Both the position numbers and the translations under genes were made by a program. The notes beneath the pieces are model-generated. The model was given only the letters and a program-made list of their open reading frames with translations. It had not been told where the DNA came from and searched no databases. 64,000 nucleotides of DNA from Chryseobacterium gleum (GTDB taxonomy: Bacteria > Bacteroidota > Bacteroidia > Flavobacteriales_F > PHOS-HE28): the NCBI GenBank assembly GCA_945872795.1, contig CAMCAZ010000002.1, forward strand, positions 65,298 through 129,297. The letters are read 5' to 3'. The first letter of the stretch is position 1; every line of letters begins with the position of its first letter. Shown one piece after another: positions 56,114 through 64,000 of this stretch.

Positions 56114-57652
56114 ATGCTCGTCAAGGTCTTCGGAGCCGCCGTCTTTGGCATCAACGCCACCATCGTCACCGCCGAGGTGAACGTGGAACCCGGAGCCTAT
56201 TTCCAGCTGGTGGGCCTACCGGACAGCGCCGTGAAGGAAAGCCAGCAGCGCATCGATGCCGCGCTCCGCAACAACGGACTCTATGCTCCGCGGGGCAAGG
56301 GCGTCACCATCAACCTCGCGCCGGCCGATATACGCAAGGAGGGCACCGCGTATGACCTTCCACTGGCCGTGGGTCTGTTGGCGGCCACCGAACAGGTCCC
56401 CGCGGAGATGCTGGAGCATTACCTGGTCATGGGTGAGCTCTCACTGGATGGGGGCGTCCGCCCGATCAAAGGAGCCTTGCCCATTGCCATCGAAGCCAAA
56501 CTACAAGGCTTCAAGGGTGTCATCCTGCCTGCCGCCAATGCACGGGAGGCCGCCATCGTGCACGGCCTCATCGTATACGGTGTCGAGCACTTGAGCGAGG
56601 TGGTGCACCTGCTGAAGGGTCAGCCCACCGTGCAGCCCACCGTGGTGGACATCGAGGCCGAGTTCGCCAACAGCAGCCGTGCCTATCCCGTGGATATCGC
56701 CGATGTGAAGGGACAGGAGAACATCAAGCGAGCCTTTGAGATCGCCGCGGCCGGTGGCCACAACATCATCCTCATCGGTCCGCCCGGTGCGGGCAAGACG
56801 ATGCTCGCCAAACGCCTGCCCACCATCCTGCCACCGCTCACCATCGATGAGGCCTTGGAGACCACCAAGATCCACAGCGTGGCCGGAAAACTGCGTAAGG
56901 AGGACAGCCTGCTCAGTGTGCGCCCCTACCGTTCGCCTCACCACACCATCAGCGATGTGGCCCTGGTCGGTGGAGGGTCCCTCCCCCAGCCCGGCGAGAT
57001 CAGCCTGGCGCACAACGGCGTACTCTTCCTGGATGAACTGCCCGAGTTCAAACGCCAGGTGCTGGAAGTGCTGCGGCAACCGCTGGAGGACCGCGTGGTC
57101 ACCATCAGCCGGGCCAAGTTCACGGTGGAATATCCCGCCAGCCTCATGCTCGTGGCCGCCATGAACCCCTGTCCTTGCGGCTACTACAACCACCCCGATA
57201 AGGATTGTGTATGTGCCCCGGGCGTGGTGCAGAAATACCTGAACAAGGTCAGTGGACCGCTGCTTGACCGCATCGATATCCACATTGAGGTGACCCCCGT
57301 GCCGTTCAGCGAATTGAGCGAGGAGCGGCCCACGGAGAAGAGCGCCGACATGCGCGAACGGGTCATCGCCGCACGCAAGGTGCAGCAGGACCGCTATGTC
57401 GGCAAGAAGATGCATTGCAACGCGCAGATGGGAAGCAAGGAGCTGCGGGAGATCTGTCGCATCGACGCCACGGGCAAGGCCTTGTTGGAGAAGGCCATGG
57501 ACCGCCTGGGACTGAGCGCCCGGGCCTATGACCGCATCCTGAAGGTGAGCCGGACCATCGCGGATATGGCGGGTAGTCCGGATATCCGCACGGAGCACCT
57601 TGCCGAAGCCATTCAGTACCGCAGCCTGGACCGCGAGAGCTGGGCCGGGTAG
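56114..57652 (+). CDS. YifB/ComM-family Mg-chelatase-like AAA+ ATPase
   Basis: A Lon-like N-domain, Walker A LIGPPGAGKTML, GVLFLDELPEF, and the C-terminal Mg-chelatase ChlI motif; 512 aa. Confidence 0.9.
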   Translation: MLVKVFGAAVFGINATIVTAEVNVEPGAYFQLVGLPDSAVKESQQRIDAALRNNGLYAPRGKGVTINLAPADIRKEGTAYDLPLAVGLLAATEQVPAEMLEHYLVMGELSLDGGVRPIKGALPIAIEAKLQGFKGVILPAANAREAAIVHGLIVYGVEHLSEVVHLLKGQPTVQPTVVDIEAEFANSSRAYPVDIADVKGQENIKRAFEIAAAGGHNIILIGPPGAGKTMLAKRLPTILPPLTIDEALETTKIHSVAGKLRKEDSLLSVRPYRSPHHTISDVALVGGGSLPQPGEISLAHNGVLFLDELPEFKRQVLEVLRQPLEDRVVTISRAKFTVEYPASLMLVAAMNPCPCGYYNHPDKDCVCAPGVVQKYLNKVSGPLLDRIDIHIEVTPVPFSELSEERPTEKSADMRERVIAARKVQQDRYVGKKMHCNAQMGSKELREICRIDATGKALLEKAMDRLGLSARAYDRILKVSRTIADMAGSPDIRTEHLAEAIQYRSLDRESWAG

Positions 57653-57682
57653 ACCGATCGTAACCAAAGCCCGTGGGATGCG

Positions 57683-58411
57683 TTGGAAGGGATGAACCCA
57701 GCGTACCCCCACACCGTGCTACACCGTTCCGCCCCCCTCCTTTTCCTGATGTTCGTCGGCGCAGGGCTTTGTGCCAGTGCACAGGCACAGTTGCCCGAGA
57801 AGCAATACCTGAGCGAGGTGCTGGAGTTCACGTCACGGAAGAACGCCGCCTATTACCGCGTGGCCTCCGGGACCAAGGATAACCTGACGCTCGCCAAGAC
57901 CTACACCCTGGACGGCGTGCTGAAGGTGGAAGGCAGCTATGCCGATCCCGAGCTGAAGGTTGAACATGGCGACTTTACCTTCTACCACGCGAATGGCAAG
58001 GTGGAAAGCCTTGGTGAGTATGTGATGGGCAACAAGGCCGGCGTGTGGATGCGCTATGATCAGTGGGGCCGCCCCCTGGCTGAAAAGGTCTACGACCCCG
58101 AGCCCCTCGCGAACATCATTTACACCCGCGCCCAGCAGATGCCGAGCTTTCCGGAAGGGGAGAAGGCCTTCGTGCGCGTGATCGACCAGAAGATGAGCGG
58201 CCCTGCCGGTGACCGCACCAAGGGCAAGGCCACGGCCAGTTTCATCGTCGAGAAATCGGGCGACCTCACCGATGTGAAGGTGGTGGAGGGAAGCGATGTG
58301 CAGCTGAACGAGAAGCTCGTGGAGGCCATCCGGTCCACCTCACCCTGGAACACTGGCGTCGAAAAAGGCCAGCCTGTCCGTGTACAGGTGCGGATGCCTG
58401 TCCAATTCTGA
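57683..58411 (+). CDS. TonB C-terminal domain protein with N-terminal MORN-like repeats
   Basis: A signal peptide, then repeats (KVEGSYADPELKVEHGDFTFYHANGKVESLGEYVMGNKAGVWMRY), then TonB-C (PSFPEGEKAFVRVI...ASFIVEKSGDLTDVKVVEGSD...WNTGVEKGQPVRVQVRMPVQF). Confidence 0.65.
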   Translation: MEGMNPAYPHTVLHRSAPLLFLMFVGAGLCASAQAQLPEKQYLSEVLEFTSRKNAAYYRVASGTKDNLTLAKTYTLDGVLKVEGSYADPELKVEHGDFTFYHANGKVESLGEYVMGNKAGVWMRYDQWGRPLAEKVYDPEPLANIIYTRAQQMPSFPEGEKAFVRVIDQKMSGPAGDRTKGKATASFIVEKSGDLTDVKVVEGSDVQLNEKLVEAIRSTSPWNTGVEKGQPVRVQVRMPVQF

Positions 58412-58436
58412 ACCACGATCCATACACCATAAGCAG

Positions 58437-58464
58437 GAAGGCCCCCGAGCGATCGGGGGCCTTC
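58437..58464. terminator. bidirectional intrinsic terminator between the convergent TonB-C gene and secA
   Basis: GAAGGCCCCCGA-gcga-TCGGGGGCCTTC: a perfect 12-nt inverted repeat followed by cggcTTTTc. Confidence 0.65.
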
Positions 58465-58485
58465 GGCTTTTCAGGGGATCCGTGC

Positions 58486-61872
<3,387 letters not shown>

Positions 61873-62086
61873 GGTCGGGTGAGGTGAGGTGATGGTCTGT
61901 TCGGCGGATCTTCAAGGGACCGGATGGGGCTGGTGGGAACCTGCTCCACGAACTCCGATCCTTGGAGGCTGAAGGTGCGCCGATCGTTCAGGGGTGGCAA
62001 AGGTAGCGGGTGGGGGGGAAGCATGCATCGGGCCAGATGGACCATCCTGCCATTGCGGCAGGCCATGGTTCGATACAAAACGAAAA

Positions 62087-62108
62087 GCCCCCCGTGGTGG
62101 CGGGGGGC
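62087..62108. terminator. intrinsic terminator downstream of the DUF2795 gene
   Basis: aaaaGCCCCCCG-tggtgg-CGGGGGGC, 21 nt past the minus-strand stop at 62129. Confidence 0.55.
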
Positions 62109-62128
62109 TGGTGTGGAATCGCTGGGGT

Positions 62129-62350
62129 TCAGTATTCGTCCTCGTTGAAGAAGAAGTCCTCCTTTGATGGGTAGTCCGGCCAGATGTCCTCGATCGTCTC
62201 GAAGACCTCTTCATCGTCCTCGATGGCCTGCAGGTTCTCCACCACTTCGAGCGGAGCCCCCGTGCGCATGGCAAAATCGATCAGCTCATCCTTGGTGGCG
62301 GGCCAAGGCGCATCCTCCAGATAGGAGGCCAGTTCAAGTGTCCAATACAT
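62129..62350 (-). CDS. DUF2795-like small acidic protein
   Basis: A 73-aa protein (WPATKDELIDFAMRTGAPLEVVENLQAIED...). Its size and pattern fit DUF2795. Confidence 0.5.
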   Translation of the reverse strand: MYWTLELASYLEDAPWPATKDELIDFAMRTGAPLEVVENLQAIEDDEEVFETIEDIWPDYPSKEDFFFNEDEY

Positions 62351-62477
62351 CGAAAGGCCGTGTTAGGGTCCGTGAAATTGGCCGCAAATATAGACGGATA
62401 CCGATCGGCCGGGACGTGACTTATCAACCACCTGACGCACAGGGACTGAACCACCGGACGACCGGGCGTGTATGGGC

Positions 62478-63029
62478 TCAGGCCTTTGGCAGCCAGGGCG
62501 TGTCGGCCACGCCGTGCAGTTTGCCGAGGTGCCGGGCCATCATGAACAACAGGTCCGACAGGCGGTTGAGGTACTGCACCACGATCTCCGGAAGCGGATC
62601 GTGCGCGGCGAGCTGAACCACGCGTCGCTCCGCCCTGCGGCAAACGGTGCGCGCGATGTGGGCCTGCGATACCGTGGGATGACCTCCGGGAAGGATGAAG
62701 TTGCGCATGGGCTCCAGCTCGGCGTCCATGGCATCCATGGCCCGTTCCAAGACCTCGATATCCGCGGCGGTGAGCATCGGTACATGGAAGCGGGCGGCCT
62801 CCTCCTCGCTGCTCGAGGCCAGGCGCGACCCGATGGCGAACAAATTGTTCTGGACCTCGACGATGAGCGCATGGTGGTGCGGTCCGGCCAGGTCGCGGAG
62901 CATGCCCAGATGGCTGTTCAGCTCGTCCACCGTGCCATACGCCTCGATGCGAAGATGGTCCTTGGGCACGCGGGCACCTCCCAGTAATCCTGTGGTGCCT
63001 GTGTCGCCGGTGCGGGTGTAGATCTTCAT
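62478..63029 (-). CDS. PduO-type ATP:cob(I)alamin adenosyltransferase
   Basis: The MKIYTRTGDTGTTGLLGGARVPKDHLRIEAYGTVDELNSHLG N-terminus is diagnostic; 183 aa. Confidence 0.85.
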   Translation of the reverse strand: MKIYTRTGDTGTTGLLGGARVPKDHLRIEAYGTVDELNSHLGMLRDLAGPHHHALIVEVQNNLFAIGSRLASSSEEEAARFHVPMLTAADIEVLERAMDAMDAELEPMRNFILPGGHPTVSQAHIARTVCRRAERRVVQLAAHDPLPEIVVQYLNRLSDLLFMMARHLGKLHGVADTPWLPKA

Positions 63030-63104
63030 GATGGATGGACCGGTTCCTGCCGGACCGCAAGTAACGCCAGATGCAAGGACCTGTTCACTTTGCCGTAGAG
63101 CGGC

Positions 63105-63893
63105 TCAGTAACGCAGCACGAAATGCTCCTTCGCCTGTTCGCTGCGGAGGAACACCAATCCCATGTTGTACAGGTCGATGGTGACGGTGACCCGCGGATG
63201 GGCCTTCACCTGTTCCCACGCCTCCTCCATCCCCCGGCTCCAATGGATGTCGTCCAGGACGAGCACCGTGTCATTGTGGGCGCGGGTCAGGCACTGTTCC
63301 ACATGCTCCAGTGTGGGTCCCTTGGCGTGATTCCCGTCGATGAAGGCCAAATCAAGGCGCTCCATGCGGTGCAGCACTTCGGGCAATCGGGTGCGGAAGC
63401 TGCCCAGCACAGGCTCGATGTTGCGCTGCTTGAGCTGTTCGAAGTGATGCTGCGCGATGCGGAAGGTCTGCGGACAACCTTCGATGGTGTGGACCTTTCC
63501 GTCCGCAGCGCCACGGGCCAGGTAGAGCGTCGTGATCCCGAAGGAGGTGCCCAGTTCCAACACGGTGGACACATTGAAATACCGCGCCAGCCGGAACAGG
63601 ACCTGGGCCTGTCGGGGGCTCTTCAAGGCCGTTCGCGCGATGTCGGAGACGTTCCGGGTGGGCAAGTCGAACACCCGTGAACCGGCGCCCAGATCGTTCA
63701 CACGGATGGTCTGCTCACTGTGGAGCAGATCATCGCGCAACCGCTCCATGGCATCGAACTCCGGCAAGGCATCGCTTGGCCTGAGGACTTGGGAGATCAG
63801 CTCATACACGAAGGGGCTGTGCACACCATGCCGGTTCCGGGCCTTCACCAGGTGGCCCAGGTAGCTTCCGATCTGTCGCAATTGTTCGCCCAT
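63105..63893 (-). CDS. class I SAM-dependent methyltransferase (O-methyltransferase-like)
   Basis: The internal Met MGEQLRQIGSYL (rc cat 63891-63893), VLELGTSFGITTLYLA (motif I) and an acidic LAFIDGNH motif. Confidence 0.7.
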   Translation of the reverse strand: MGEQLRQIGSYLGHLVKARNRHGVHSPFVYELISQVLRPSDALPEFDAMERLRDDLLHSEQTIRVNDLGAGSRVFDLPTRNVSDIARTALKSPRQAQVLFRLARYFNVSTVLELGTSFGITTLYLARGAADGKVHTIEGCPQTFRIAQHHFEQLKQRNIEPVLGSFRTRLPEVLHRMERLDLAFIDGNHAKGPTLEHVEQCLTRAHNDTVLVLDDIHWSRGMEEAWEQVKAHPRVTVTIDLYNMGLVFLRSEQAKEHFVLRY

Positions 63894-64000
63894 GGGTACC
63901 AACGGAGGGCAAAAGTAGCGGACCCGGCCGCTGGTGACAGCCCGGGCTTTCACCGCGCACGTCAACAGCCTGATGTTCGTCATGTCCGGCCTGCGCGGCA

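Overview
This window is a gene-dense chromosomal segment of about 62% GC from a member of Bacteroidota. That assignment is inferred from Por-type (T9SS) C-terminal sorting domains, PorV/PorU-like genes, DUF5686, and half-size TauE, ORF6N and four-helix-bundle genes. I see no rRNA, tRNA, CRISPR array, transposase or integrase. All calls rest on reading the supplied six-frame translations against remembered family signatures; no database search was possible, and start coordinates may be off by 1–3 nt.

The main contents, in order:
- 1-3810 (minus): a BigR/Blh-like sulfide/persulfide detoxification operon (ArsR regulator, TauE/SafE, MBL-rhodanese fusion, YeeE/YedE) with a dyad-symmetric operator candidate upstream.
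- 3811-8535: housekeeping genes (rnd, a GDP-mannose pyrophosphorylase, SprT-like, mlaEF).
- 8632-16359: a tandem array of four paralogous T9SS cargo genes with MAM / choice-of-anchor-J-like N-terminal domains; three of them share near-identical nucleotide blocks.
- 16456-19326: gcvP.
- 19451-23699: a plus-strand cluster of a secreted hypothetical, a polytopic membrane protein, kynureninase and kynurenine 3-monooxygenase.
- 27485-32860: a four-gene unit joined by overlapping stop/start codons (TolB-like propeller fused to an Omp85-like barrel, half-size TauE, M20D amidohydrolase, lipoprotein). I rate this the best candidate for an undescribed envelope system.
- 33343-41065: recQ, tatC, DUF5686, lptB, purS, a pssA-like gene.
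- 41174-49145: PorV/PorQ-like, a 1716-aa PorU-like C25 peptidase carrying a CTD, and lnt, all tightly linked.
- 49206-63893: pabB-like, tilS, a DsbD-N paralog plus dsbD, an orphan ORF6N/KilA-N gene, gmhA, yifB/comM, a TonB-C protein, secA, DUF2795, a PduO-type adenosyltransferase and a SAM methyltransferase.

Several perfect-palindrome intrinsic terminators are visible.
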